Source: the human T2T-CHM13v2.0 reference genome, Homo sapiens
Assembly (NCBI RefSeq): GCF_009914755.1
Contig: NC_060928.1
Strand: one strand, 5' to 3'
Length of the DNA stretch: 64,000 nucleotides
In this document: positions 1 to 14,009 of the stretch, in pieces
Layout: the number at the start of each line of letters is the position of its first letter
Numbering within the stretch: the stretch's first letter is position 1
Made by a program: the position numbers and the translations under genes
The notes under the pieces: generated by a model
What the model saw: only the letters and a program-made list of their open reading frames with translations
Databases searched by the model: none
What the model was told of the DNA's origin: nothing

Positions 1-51
1 TGTTGATTAACTTGAAATATTTGTTGATTATTACAAAAGGCACTCCATCCT

Positions 52-361
52 CTTTTATTTATTTATTTATTTATTTTTTGGAGACAGGGGCTTGCCTTGT
101 CACCTAGACTGGAGTGTAATGGCATGATCATAGCTCCCTGCAGCCTTGAACCCCTGGTGCTCAAGTGATCCTCCCACCTCAGCCTTCTGTGTGGTTAAGA
201 CTGCAGGCATGTGCCACCGTGCCTAGCTTTTTTTTTTTTTTAGTAGAAATGAGGTCTTACTATGTTACCCAGGATGGTCTCAAACTCCTGGACTCAAGTG
301 ATTCTCCCGCCCCGGCCTCCTAAAGTGCTAGGACTACAGGCATGAGCCACTGTGCCCAGCC
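52..361 (-). mobile_element. Alu (AluJ-like)
   Basis: Reverse-complement dimeric Alu with (TTTA)n tail. Confidence 0.9.
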
Positions 362-1459
362 CAGTCCTCTTTTAATAGCTTTGTTTGGTAATACAAACCA
401 TTTTCCTAGTCACATTTCTTGTTCTGGTAGTCTTCAAATAACAAAGGAAGTAATCATCCCAACAGAAGCCTAAATGTAGCATACAGAAAAAGCATATAGT
501 CCTATAGTCTGCAACTAGCAGAAAGAGTGTCTTGCTTATAAGGTAGAAACTGGGTAGTCACCCAAATGATTGAGGATTTTAAAAAAATAACCTGTTGAAT
601 TGGAAGAGTTTTCTCTAAGATTGGAAATAAAGGTAAATACTAATTTCCAAGTTCTTTCATTATGTATACTTTTTATACAGTCTAGCTGCAGTGTCCTGGT
701 GGCATAAGTCAATTAAAAAGGAAGCATGAGAGCAAGGGATTTTTGCTGTTTGTTCACTGCTAGTTGTATGTGCACTAAATGTTGGATGTGATTCATAATA
801 CTTGTCTCAGAACTGTGACCAAGTTTTAGTAGTGTTGGCTTACAGTAAGATGTTGCCGTAGTTACTTTCTTACCTTTCTTATTTTTTCTAGTAATGCAAA
901 ATTCTATGTATTTTTGAGATAAGAATGATAATATTGATAGCTAACATTTTTTAAGTACTTACCGTGGTGGACATGTTGGATACCATGGAAAGTACTTCAT
1001 AACCATAGATTCATCCTCGCCAGTAAATCCTTAGTGTCCTGGTCTTATTATCCTTGTTGTGCATATGAGGCTGAGAGAATAACCAGTATAGTTATAGATA
1101 CACTGTGTGTGGTGATCTTAGAAGAATTTATCTTACTACTGCTCTCTTAAACATGAAAAAGCTTTAAATTTTTTAATCATATAAGTATATATTCATTTAG
1201 AAAAAAATAAGACAATATGCTAAACTAACTAGAAGAAAATAATTCTCCCACCCTCAAAGAAGCATTGTTGATATTTGTGTTTTCAGCCACAAATGATAAT
1301 TAAGTTTAATTGAAACCTTATATTTGACTAATTAAGTATATGTACACACACGTATATGTAAATTGCTGTTATATAAATGTGCTTATAAAAATCTATCTTA
1401 AGTGCGATAATATTTTATAAAGTTGTTAGAAATCTTAATTATAGTATTAAAATTTGCAG

Positions 1460-1598
1460 GAATTGAACTTATGCCAGAAAGAAAAGGAGAGACTGAGTGA
1501 TGAACTCCTTGTAAAATCAGACCTAGAAACTGTTGTTCATCAGCTTGAACAAGAAAAGCAAAGACTTAGCAAAAAAGTTGAAAGTTTTGCAGTTACAG
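1460..1598 (+). CDS. CEP135: CEP135 coding exon (~exon 10), 139 nt
   Basis: ttgcag|GAATTG...GTTACAG|gtaaga; ELNLCQKEKERLSDELLVKSDLETVVHQLEQEKQRLSKKVESFAVT; ends phase 1. Confidence 0.93.
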
Positions 1599-1952
1599 GT
1601 AAGATGTCAAATTTTGATAGCTAAAGAATGATTGTGATTTCCTCTTGATGTATTGTTTTTCTTAGTAGATATTCATTCATTCATTCATTCAATAAATATT
1701 TGTTGAGTGCTTACCATTAGTCAAAAACCATAGTAGTTACTGTAGATACAGTAGAAATCTCTCCCTCAAGGACCTTAGAATTTTTATGTTTTGGCTAGTT
1801 TATACAGGGAGCCCTGCTTGAATATTTTGCAATAGAAATGTGTCCTTCTTTGAGACAGACTAATAATAGAATTAAGTAAGACTAAAGGGAAGGCTATTTT
1901 GATAGTGGAAAATTGAAGTACAGAATCTTTTCAAGGAAATGCAGTTATATTA

Positions 1953-2363
<411 letters not shown>

Positions 2364-2749
2364 TCATTAATTTGACCGATGTTTATGAATCACCTCCTGT
2401 GTGGGTGTGTGCCAGGCCCTGTTTTTGAGTGCTGGGGTGTATAGTGGCAAACAAAATACATAAGGGCCCTGCTCTTGCAGAGCCTTTTTTCTTGCTAGGG
2501 AAACAAACTAATGGCACATAAATTAAGAAGTTAATTTTAGTTGATAAGAGGTATTAAATTAGAATGGGAGGATGTGCTAGAGATTGAATGAAGTGCTCAA
2601 TGACAATACACCAGCAATATGAAAATCTGGGGTCTAGTTTTCTACGCAGAGGAAATGGCACGTGCAGAAACTTGGTACCATCAAACTCTGTGTGTCTTAG
2701 GAAGTGAAAGAAAGCCAGTTACTGTATTAAGAAGAGTCTCTTTCCTAGG

Positions 2750-2925
2750 CCCATGTGGATAATCTGTTTGAACTCCTCTCTACTTATTAGCATGTAACTT
2801 GAGCATGTTACTTAAGCTCTCTGTGCCTCAGTTCCCTATCTGTGGGGCTAATGATGACACCTACCCTGAAAAGTTGTTGTGATAATTAAATGAGTTAATA
2901 TGTTGAAGTGCTTAGAACCATGTAT
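2750..2925 (+). mobile_element. MIR SINE
   Basis: Core ...cttaagctctctgtgcctcagttccctatctgt...gataattaaatgagttaatat...gtgcttagaac. Confidence 0.75.
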
Positions 2926-2939
2926 AAAAGTTTAAAACA

Positions 2940-3230
2940 GGCTGGGTGCGGTGGCTCACGCCTGTAATCCCAGCACTTTGGGAGGCCGAGGCAGGCGGAT
3001 CACCTGAGGTCGGGAGTTCAAGACCAGCCTGACCCACATGGAGAAACCCCATCTCTACTAAGAAAACAAAAACTAGCTGGGCGTGGTGGTGGGTGCCTGT
3101 AATCCCAGCTACTCAGGAGGCTGAGGCAGGAGAATCGCTTGAACCCGGAGGCGGAGGTTGCAGTGAGCCGAGATCGCACCCTTGTACTCCAGCCTGGGCA
3201 AAAATAGTGAAACTGTGTGAAAAAAAAAAA
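2940..3230 (+). mobile_element. Alu (AluS-like)
   Basis: Full dimer with A tail; AAAAGTTTA on both flanks. Confidence 0.93.
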
Positions 3231-4935
3231 GTTTATTTTTCTTTTTGATAGCTATGTGTGGCCTATCATTTCAGTGTAATCTTTCAACTGTCTCAAACTC
3301 TCTTGTTTCCCTGTGTTTTGGGTGCATCCCCCTGCCAGATACCCAGCCATGGATGAGCCAAACAGTTTACCTTCTCCACTTTTATACATGGTCAGCTGTT
3401 TGAGTGTGCACCAGGCACATTGAGAGCACTGTAAATTAGATGGTCCTGAACCTCAGCAGACTGCTCAGCGCTGTATGGAAATCTTACACTGTTCTCTTAG
3501 CGTTTGATCTTCCATTCTCCACGGGGGATATTTAAAATGTTTTGCACTGTCAATAAACCCGTGAGTCCCATTTCCCACCTTCATTCTGAGTGGATGATCC
3601 TACCTCCAGTTTTCCTAAAAGAAGGGAAGCTATGGCAGGGATTCACTCAGTCTTCTGGCCTCAGATTAAAAACGTGTGCATCTTGTTCCTTCCTGTTCAA
3701 TGCAGGAATGCCCCTCTTATAAAGGGCCGGTGGCTCCATGTATTCTCTGGGCCCTAACTTCTCTAATTTTAAAAACCTTACAAATTAATGATCTCCTCTC
3801 CATAGTTTTAATCTTTGTACTGTTTTTTCCCGTTGGCATTCACATGCTTACTCTCACCCATTCCAATACAAAAACTTTGACCCATTCCTATGCAGCCACT
3901 CGTTTCTTCTCTTCATAGCATCAGCGTCTTGAAAGGTCAGCCATACTTGCTGTTCTGCTTGATCACCCACTACCCCTTAGCTCCTCAGTCCACTCCAGTT
4001 GGCTTCTGTTGCCATCTCTTCAACAAAACTGCTCTTGTTAAAGTCATTCACCTCTGTTATGCTGAATGCAGTGGCTGCTTTTCATTCATTTGCTTATTTG
4101 ACTGCATTTAATCCAGTTGCCCATTCTTTCCCACTCTCCTACTTTGTTCTTACCTCTCTGGTCAATCCTTCTTGGGACAAATTTGCCAGTTCATCCTCTA
4201 GTTTGCATTGCACACTGTCCTTTTGTAGCTTTTATCCTACTACAATTAGAATAGTTGTGCAGCCTTGGCTATGCTTTTTATACTGTATCCTTAGCTGGTG
4301 CTGGGCATGTAGTAAATGCTTAATACATATCTGTTAAATGAATGAAAGAAGAGATGAGAATAAATCAGAATACATCAGGAAAATCATTCCATGCCTCAGA
4401 GTTGTAATGAACATAAATTAAATTAGGTTCAACTATATGAAATTGCCAGTATTTGATTACTTTTGACTCATGAAGAGGCAATTTCTATGGTAAAAGCTAA
4501 TAATTATGTTTGAGTTATTTTGCTCTCTTTGTATATGTGTATACTGTATTAAATTCAAACTTAATTTTAAGTTTGTGCATGTTATGATTGTTTATAGATA
4601 CATTTTCTTTTAGTGCATTTTCAGGTCCCGGGAAAGTACTATGTGGTAATTTATTGCTTCATTTTGTAGTACTGCATAGCACCCATCTTACGATAAGACA
4701 AAAGCAGGGAGACTTGGACCTATTGGACTTTATTTAAACTTTTAATTTTTGCTTTTTTTTCCCTTCTTTCCTCTCAATATTTACCTCTTCAATAGATTTG
4801 GTACCTACAGGTGTTATGTAGAACAGTTCATGATTTCTAGTAGCTTTCATTCTAAAAGTTATTAATATAATTTACTTGACTAATCAACATTATGTATACA
4901 ACATTATTTTAAGAGTTAACCACTTTAATTTACAG

Positions 4936-5159
4936 AACGACAACTTACTCTGGAGGTTGAGAGGATGAGACTAGAACATGGAATAAAACGTCGAGACAGG
5001 TCACCTTCTCGTTTAGATACATTTCTGAAAGGTATAGAAGAAGAACGAGATTATTATAAGAAAGAGCTAGAGAGACTCCAACATATAATACAGCGAAGAT
5101 CTTGCTCTACAAGTTATAGCGCACGTGAAAAAAGTTCAATATTTAGAACACCAGAAAAG
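4936..5159 (+). CDS. CEP135: CEP135 coding exon (~exon 11), 224 nt
   Basis: ttacag|AACGA...GAAAAG|gtaatg; (E)RQLTLEVERMRLEHGIKRRDRSPSRLDTFLKGIEEERDYY...RTPEK; same frame as ORF 4965..5306. Confidence 0.95.
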
Positions 5160-6161
5160 GTAATGTCCCTTTATAAGAGTAGGCCAGAAAGTATCTTTAT
5201 GAATAAATTTTTCTGGTTTATTATTATATTAAATGTAACTTTATTCGTACTTGCTTTGAAAAATCCTGATTTTGATTCTTGTTTTCTTTTATGGCCTGCA
5301 CTATAGGAACACTACATTAATTAGGAAAATTACTTAAGAACAAACTATAACATATAGATGACTGGAAATTAAAGGAAAGGTTGAATAGCTGAGTTGTAGA
5401 AGTGCAGTGGCACCTGGCCTTCCAGTACTCATATTGTTGGACATTCCCTCTCTTTTTAGAATTTACTTTCTGTATCAGCTGCATTTTCTCTCTCATAGCA
5501 GAGTGGCTTTGTATGCATGGCAGGCAACATGGTTTCATGTCATTTCCAGCCTTGGACCAGTTAGGAAGGTGTGTCACATTCTACTGACCAAGCATCTTCT
5601 CTATTAACCGTACTATGGGAGATAGATAGAAATGGCAAGTGAGTGCTGGGGAGATTGTTTTGTTTGTCCACTACAACCATATTTGTAAGTTGATGATCCA
5701 AAGATGTTCTCTCTATGTTATTTTCTAATTGCATCTCCCAATGTGTGTATTATTTAAAGTTGACCATGATTCATGAGAGATTAAAATCATGTGTCTCTAT
5801 TTTAGGTCTTAATTATTTTTAGTGTTTTATGAGTATCATTTGAGTTCTTCAGATTTTTCTTCTTTTAAGCTTTGGAGTTCAGGAGTCTTGAAGGCTTATG
5901 TGACATTACTTTATCTACACACTAGGTAAAATTAGGGGAAATCTGGGAGTGTAGAGTACTCATTAAAACTCAAAACATTTGATTTCAGACTTGGCCGAAT
6001 TTACTAATTTTGTCATGTTTTTCCTGAAGATCTTGTGTCCATTGTCAAACAGTTTTGTCTTCTGATTAGACTTCATTTTTTAACCTCATAGGCTAATGGC
6101 TGAATTTTGATTTACTGTTGTCAGTGTAAGCACTATACTATGTTATCTATTATAAGAATAA

Positions 6162-6462
6162 GGCCAGGTGGTGTGGCTCCTGTAATTCCAGCACTTTGGG
6201 AGGCCAAGGCGGGAGGATCACTTGAGGCCAGGAGTTCGAGACCAGTCTGGTCAACACAGTGAGATGCCATCTCTACAAAAGAAAAATTAAAAAATTAGCT
6301 GAGCATAGTGGCATGCACCTCTCGTACCACCTACTAGGAAGGCTGAGGCAAGGGGATTGCTTGAGCCCAGGAGTTCGAGGCTGCAGTGAGCCATGATCTC
6401 GTCACTGCATTCCAGCCTGGGTGACAAAAAAAAAAAAAAGAAAGAAAGAAAGAAAGAAAAAG
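6162..6462 (+). mobile_element. Alu (AluJ-like) with (AAAG)n tail
   Basis: Dimeric Alu sequence. Confidence 0.9.
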
Positions 6463-6993
6463 AATGAATTGGTGGGAAAATGCAGTACAGGTTATTAATA
6501 ATTTATGTTGCTGAGTTTTTTTTAAATTCCGTATATACTTAGGACTCAGGAAAAATAAGTGACTGAATTGATCATTTTTATTGTATAGAGGAATCTCCCA
6601 CAAAATGATTGATCAGTTTAATTAAGTTTCAAATACCAAGGAGATAAATATCTCAGAGCTTTTAACCAAAATATTTGATCCATTTGCTCTGTGCTGGATT
6701 CACAATTGAAAGACAAATGTGTGAGACATATTGGTAAGGCACTAGTAAAATTAAGTGAAACTTTTCTCCCCTTCAACTTATTTACATTCTTGAAGTTATA
6801 ATGGTACCTGGCATAGACAAAGAATTTATTTTCTAGAGTTCAGAAAGCCAGGATGTTCAGAGCATTTTAGAGGCCCAATAATAAAGTGCAGGCATGAAAG
6901 AGGATAGTAGGTAAGTACCTGAATGAAATGGGTGGGGTATAAGACAGTTGTGAGTGCTGGGAACTAGGAAGTGCATTCCCCACCTAAAATTAG

Positions 6994-7311
<318 letters not shown>

Positions 7312-7734
7312 TAGAATTAGCTGTTTTAAACATGTTCAGGAGCACTTGTTGGTAAACCACAAAGATCATTCTACAGCTGGATTTGGTACTAGCTGTGTTT
7401 TCAACCCCTGCTTTATGGCAGACTGTTAGGCACAGTGTTGGGATTGTAATAACTCAGAAAAAAATTGACATTTTTTAATATCAATTCTCTATTCCCTGTG
7501 TAGGGTGGGTACTATCCTCCTCACCTTGTATTCACCCTGGTTCCCACTGTGAGTTTTGAGTATGGTGTAGGCAGAAGTGCTTTGCAATTGGAGCCTAACA
7601 CAAGTTCCAACTCCACAAACTGGCTTTATGATGTTGGAGAAGTTACCTAACTTCATGGAACCCTGTTTTCCTCATTTGCAGAGTGGGGAAAGTGACTACA
7701 ACTTCTTGTGAAGATTAAATGAGCTAATTTGTCA

Positions 7735-8000
7735 GTTTTATTTTTAATTGACAAATAATATGTATATTTATAGAGTATAGTTGGATGTTTTGATCTATGT
7801 ATACATTATAGAAAGATTCAGTCAAACCAATTAACATGTCTGTTTCCTCACCAACTTATTTTTTTGTGGTGAGAATGTTAAAAATCTATTCTTTTAGCAA
7901 TTTTGAAGTATACAATAGTTATTATTAACTGGTAACCATGCAACACAATAGCTCATTAAAACATTCCTCCAGACTAACTGAAACTATGCCCTTTGATCAT
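7735..8000 (-). mobile_element. L1MA-type 3' end fragment interrupting a MIR (7560-8060)
   Basis: tttaattgacaaataatatgtatattta...aaaatctattcttttagcaattttgaagtatacaat is a typical L1MA 3' UTR; MIR halves on both sides. Confidence 0.7.
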
Positions 8001-8742
8001 GAAATAATTTGTGTAAGGACCCAGCGTAACATCTAGTTACCGGTGAATGGTTTATTTCCTTATTATTTGCTGGTTCAAAGCACATCAGTTCTGGTAGAAA
8101 GCTAGGGTCAGTTCAGAAGATAAATACTGAGTGCCTGCTCTGAATGAGGCATAGAATACAGAGATGAAGACAGTTCCTGCCCTTACAGCCTTCAGCATTG
8201 CGCATGTGTGTGCATGTGCATGTGTGTGTTTAGGGGACAGTGGAGTAGTGAAAGGGCGTTATTCACAATTATACATTAACACTAACAAATATGTACAACA
8301 GATATATTTAAAGAAGAGTAGAGTTTCTGCTTAGGGAAGTCAGTCAGTAAATGTTCAGGGAACTCATGTTTTACTGGGTAAACTCATGTTTTACTGGGTA
8401 CCATACTAGACACTGAAGATGTAATGAAAAAGACCAGGTTCCTACTGTGGCCCTCATGGAGCTTAAATTTTAGTAGTACAGATACACATTAAATGCACAA
8501 TCATGTACATAACCTTATAACCTCATTTATAATGTGTTTATGAAGAAAGTACAGAAAATATTCAAAATACTATAAGAGTATATAGAAGGAGATCTAAATT
8601 AGATTGAAAAATCTGAAAGAATTCCTTGGAGAAAGTGACATTTAAGCTGACACCTAAACAGTAATAAAAATAGATTGTCAAATCTTTGTTTATTGAGCCC
8701 TCCTTTTCTAGAATCTGTACAGACTGCCTCTTTCTGGAAGAT

Positions 8743-9039
8743 TATTTTGTTTTTCTTTGGGAGAAAGTCTCACTCTGTCCCTCAGGCTGGAGTGCAGTAG
8801 TGCGATCATAGCTCACTGTAACCTTGAACTCCTGGGCTGAAGTAATCCTCTTCCCTCAGCCTCCCAAGTAGCTAGGACTACAAGTGTGCACCACTATGCC
8901 TGGCTAATTTTTTAATTTTTTGCAGAGGCAGGTCTTGCTCTTTTGCCCGGGCTGGTCATGAATTCCTGGCCTCAAGCAGTCCTCCTGCCTTGGCCTCCCA
9001 GAGTGCTAGGATTACAAACATGAACCACCACACCTGGCC
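8743..9039 (-). mobile_element. Alu (AluJ-like)
   Basis: Reverse-complement dimer. Confidence 0.9.
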
Positions 9040-9849
9040 CAGACTTTTTAAATTTAGATATGGTTAGATTACATAGCTTCTTTTATAGTTACATTGGTTA
9101 AGTCCCAAAACACTAATCTGCTTTTGTACTATAAAATATCTTGTCCTTTAAAGAGTTCGGATAACTAATCCCATCCATCATGCCTCGGTTTTGCTTATTT
9201 AACCAAGAGATTAATTATTTCCAAGTGCAGGTGAGAGGTACCTCACAGATATCTATCATTTACCAAATCTACATTGTATGTGGTATTGGCATAACAGATG
9301 TTACATAGTATAGGCCAGGTCTCTTTTCAGTGTATCATATTATCAAATTATCCCTTCTTGGCACTTCTGCATTTAGTGCTTGTAACATTAAGATACCATA
9401 GATCCCAAGTCTACATTTGTTATTTTTCTTTTTTTTTAATAGGAAAAAGGCATACAAATTTATTTACATGTGCATGGGGAGAATCAGAGTGCTCTCATCT
9501 TTATTTTCTACCATAGTGATGAAGACAGTGAATCTTTTGAATTGTACTAAATTGTAGGCATCTTTTAAATTGCACTAAATTGTAGAAATGTTGGAAGTAG
9601 TTGCTTATTCAGTGAATATTCTTAATATATACTGCCTGGTAGAAATATTTGCATTTATTTGACTGTATAAAAAGACCTCCTGTAGGTCTGAAGCTGAGAC
9701 AGTTGGGGGTTGGTATGCCTGGCGTATTGATCTTAGATTCAATCATAGAAAACACTGAGAAATGTGCTAGGCTGTTACAGTTACCTGTACTGGGCGAGCA
9801 GGCACACAAGTACCCTGCTGGCCCCTTCTCTGGAGAAGATAAACTAACT

Positions 9850-10041
9850 AGTGGCTCTAAAAAATTACCAGGCATCAGAATCACTTAGAGGGCTTGATAA
9901 AATACAGTTACTTGGCCCTACCCGGAAGTTTCTTGACTGAGTAGGTCTGGGTTGGGCTTCAAACTCCAAAATTTGCATGTCTGACAAGCTTTTAGATACT
10001 GCTAATGCTTCTGGTCTGGGGATTATACTTCAAGTACCACG
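9850..10041. mobile_element. MER5A-like hAT-Charlie MITE
   Basis: gcatcagaatcac...gagtaggtctgggttgggc...aatttgcatgtctgacaagc motif string. Confidence 0.75.
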
Positions 10042-10332
10042 AGTATGAACAACTTTGGGAGAATAAAAGTTGAAACATCTCATGGGATCTGATCAAGTCA
10101 CATCATTGGCAGCTAAGTCTCTTCTGGGAACTTGAAGGCCAGGAAATTTGCCCTGGTACTGCCAGTGCTCTCATCTGCTCTCATCATAGATTTTTAAAAC
10201 TGTGTTCCTTAATTACGTTAAAGGCACTTGTGTTCTTTTTGTCTGGTAGCATCTTTCAGTCAATCTCATCATCAGTATCCTTGTGACAACCATGTGGTGA
10301 TGATTATATTTTGTTTTTTAATTATGTTTCAG

Positions 10333-10485
10333 GGTGATTACAATTCAGAAATTCATCAGATCACAAGAGAAAGAGATGAACTTCAGCGTATGCTAGAAAG
10401 ATTTGAAAAATATATGGAAGATATACAGTCCAATGTTAAATTATTGACAGCAGAAAGAGATAAACTAAGTGTCTTATATAATGAA
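10333..10485 (+). CDS. CEP135: CEP135 coding exon (~exon 12), 153 nt, phase 0/0
   Basis: tttcag|GGTGAT...AATGAA|gtaaga; GDYNSEIHQITRERDELQRMLERFEKYMEDIQSNVKLLTAERDKLSVLYNE. Confidence 0.95.
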
Positions 10486-11416
10486 GTAAGAAATGTATTA
10501 TAATTAAGCCAATAGATTGTATAGAACCAGTTAACTATAATGGAGCCTGTATATATCTTTCACATTACTATAATATATGGACCTGTGATATTTCTTCATA
10601 ATTAAAATTATCAGTAGTAGTTTCTACTATCATTCTGTTTCTAAAACACAAATTTCTCTTATTTTTTCATATTTATTCTTTCCCTTTTCTAGCCTATCTA
10701 TGTGTCAGATCAGTTAGAGATAGTCTTCTTTTTCTAAAACTACCTGAAGCAGGTCTCAGCCTGACTCTGAGCCAAATTTATGCTTGGAATTCAGACGTAG
10801 GGAAATGTCTATCAAAACAGTGGGTAGCACCCACTATTTGGATATATTGGCTATTTAGGACTTAGTCTCTAAATACTGTACTCTAGGAAGAGGGAATTGG
10901 TATTCAGCTTGGCCCCATTAACAAATCCTCAGTTGTTAGAGGGCAAGGTAAGTCTGAGCAAAGCATGGTGTCTGTCACCTAAATTTGTTCACATACCCAT
11001 CTCCCATGAAATCCTACTGCTATTTTGAGAAGGGGAAGAGGCATGCAAGTTAAAGGTCACGTTGAAAGAGTCACTTAATGAGTTTTTTGGGGGGAATTCT
11101 GCAGTGTAAATTGATCCACTTCTGGGCTTTCCCCATTGCTAGCTTAGATTTCAGCTTTCTTGGGTCTGCCTAGTTACTTCCTGCTTGTCTGTCTGCTGTC
11201 TAGTTTCCAACATTTTGTGGCTGGTGCCTCCCTCAATCCCCTTGTCTTTTTTGTTTTATTATTCTTACTATTTTAATCTTTTGTTGGGATTTGCGAAGAG
11301 AGTGACGGTAGCATGTGTTCAGTATGCCTTTTTTAACTGGAAACATATCCAAAGTATTTTTTATTTATATCTTTTACTAAAGTGCCTTTTTAATTTATAT
11401 CTTTTCATTCTTTAAG

Positions 11417-11569
11417 GCTCAGGAAGAATTATCTGCCCTAAGAAAGGAATCCACCCAAACCACAGCACCCCATAATATTGTTAGTCTTATGGAAAAGGAA
11501 AAAGAACTTGCGTTATCTGACTTAAGAAGAATTATGGCAGAAAAGGAAGCTTTAAGAGAAAAATTAGAG
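11417..11569 (+). CDS. CEP135: CEP135 coding exon (~exon 13), 153 nt, phase 0/0
   Basis: tttaag|GCTCAG...TTAGAG|gtaaga; AQEELSALRKESTQTTAPHNIVSLMEKEKELALSDLRRIMAEKEALREKLE. Confidence 0.92.
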
Positions 11570-11636
11570 GTAAGAAGATTGACATGTTTTTGAAAGGTAA
11601 TTTGTTGAGAAAAAGAGGTCTTTGTATATACATTTT

Positions 11637-11850
11637 CCTGTGAAGTTACTATTGGCCAAATCCAGACCACTTTGTTTATGTATGGCCTGTGAGCTAAGAA
11701 TGGATTAAGAAGAATATTTCATTGTTGATAAAATGTTATTGGATTACCTTGCTTATTTGTTTATGTATTATCTTTAGCTTCTTTTGTAGTATGACCTACA
11801 AAACCTAAAATATTTACTGTTTTTTTACAGAAAAAGTTTGCCAATCCCTG
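11637..11850. mobile_element. MER58-like hAT-Charlie MITE
   Basis: ggccaaatcc...gagctaagaatgg...cctaaaatatttact...gaaaaagtttgccaatccctg. Confidence 0.7.
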
Positions 11851-11889
11851 AACTTAAGCAGAAGTTTCTCATATGGGAAGACAGTATCT

Positions 11890-13015
11890 TTGTTTGTTTG
11901 TTTGTTTTTGTAACAGCTTTACAGAGATATTCACATACCATACAATTCACCCACTTAAAGTATACCATTTCATTGGTTTTAGCATAGATGCTCTTTGACT
12001 TACAATGGGATTACATTCCAATAAACCCATCATAAGTAAAAAATGTAAGTCGGAAAAAATGCATTTAATACCCCAGTAAACCCATTGTAAAGTCTTATAT
12101 TGAAAAATCTTAAGCCATTGTTGAGTCCACAGGCTCCTCAACTTATACTGGGGTTACCTCCTGATAAACCCATAACAAAGTCAAAAATGTAAACCAGGGA
12201 CTATCTGTATATTCATAGGCTTGTTCAACCATCACACAGTCAATTTTAGAGCATTTTCATCACCACAAAAAGAAACTCTGAAGCACATTAGCGTCACTCC
12301 CCATTTCTCCCATCCCCTCTTAGCCACAGGCAGCCACCTGTGTCTCTATAGATCTTCCTGCTCTGGATATTTCATATAAATTGAATCACTCGATATGTGA
12401 TTTTTAAATGTCTGACTTCTCTCATTAGCATAATGTTTTCGAGATTCATCCATAATGTTGCTAGGAACTTGTATACAACTTTTTGTCTGGATATATATTT
12501 TCATTTCTCTTGGGTATATTCCTGGTCATATGGTAAGTCTGTGTTTAACCATTGAAGCCAAGCTGTTTTTATTCCCACCAGTAGTGAATAAAAGTTCTAA
12601 TTTCTCCACACTCTCACCATTACTTGGTACTATCTGCCTTTTGTATTATAGTCATTCTGGTGGGTGTGAAATGTCTCCATTGTGGCTTTGATTTGCATTG
12701 CCTTGAGGCTAATGAGGTTGAGCATCTTTTCATATTCTTATTGGCCATTTTTATATCCTTTTTTAGAGAAACATCTGTTCAGATTCGTTGCCGATTTTTA
12801 AATTGGGTTGTCTCATTATTAAGTTGTAAGAGTTCTTTATATATTCTACATACAGCCCCTTATTAGATATGTGATTTGCAAATACTTTCCCCCATTCTGT
12901 GGGTCATTTTTTCACTTTCTCAGTGATGTCTTTGAAAAACAAAATTTTTTAATTTGGATAAAGTCCAATTTAGTTATTTTTTTCTTTAGTTGCTTGTACA
13001 TTTGGTGCCATATCT
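11890..13015 (-). mobile_element. L1MB-type 3' fragment, interrupted by a Tigger-derived MITE
   Basis: L1 3' UTR/ORF2-end motifs (gttgagcatcttttcat, gatttgcaaatactttccccc). Confidence 0.8.
11985..12207. mobile_element. MER47 (Tigger5)-like MITE nested in L1
   Basis: Termini (c)agatgctctttgacttac ... gggactatctg|ta; internal repeat of ggg.ttac.tcc.ataaaccca. Confidence 0.7.
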
Positions 13016-13828
13016 AGGGTCAGTACTTTATAATTTCTTTTATAATCTCCAAAAATATAAGTATATTAATACATATAAAGCACTTAACAATGATTAGCAC
13101 ATTGTAAGTACTAAATCCTAATATTATGGAGTCCATAGTTTATTTGCAATCAGTATTATTGAATTAATGCTTTGAAAGTAGCAGCTAAAATTAGAAATAA
13201 AAACATTTAAACATTATAAGCATAGTCTTTATGTCACAATGTTCAGTTGAAGTTTCACCCTAAATATAACAGTTTAAGAATACTTTTAATTGGAATCTTT
13301 TGGAATACTGCTTTCCAGAAAGTGTTTTCTTATAAAAATAAGTGTTAAAATTGCCAAATGGGAAACTTCTGTGCAGTATGGCAGCTTTTAGCACAAGCTA
13401 CTGACTTATCCTTTTCCATATCTTTTGAAATGACCCAAGAATGTAAAAATAGGATTTTTTAAATGCAGTAGTACTGAAAACTTGGAAAAAGCAACATTTG
13501 TATTATCAGAATCCTTCTGGGTTGTAGGAGGCAGGATTTTGTGAGTTTACAACAGATCTTTTACTTAAAAGTGTAACTAATCTCAATCCTTAAACCTTTT
13601 CCAGAGTTTCCCATTATTCCACTATCTAACCAGTTGTCAAATCCAAGCATCATCCATCACTAAGATCTCCCTGAAAGCTCATATCTCTCAATCACCAGGT
13701 CCTATCAGTGCTATCTCTTGAAAAATATTTAACATGTATTAAGCCCTTCCCATGTGAGAGGCTCTGTTCTATTAAGTGCTTTTTACATGGGTTGTCTCAG
13801 TGAATCTTCAAATCTTCACAATAGCCTC

Positions 13829-14009
13829 TTTTTTTTTTTTTGAGGGGCAGTCCCGCTCACTGCAACCTCCGCCTCTCAAGTTCAAGCGATTTAGTAGAGA
13901 CAGGGTTTCATCATATTGGCCAGCTGGTCTCAAACCCCTGACCTCAGGTGGGGTCCACCTTGGCCTCCCAAAGTGCTAGAATTATAGGCATGAGCCACCA
14001 TGCCCGACC
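13829..14009 (-). mobile_element. Internally deleted Alu within an antisense MIR
   Basis: Both Alu ends present but only ~180 bp; flanks AATAGCCT. Confidence 0.8.
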
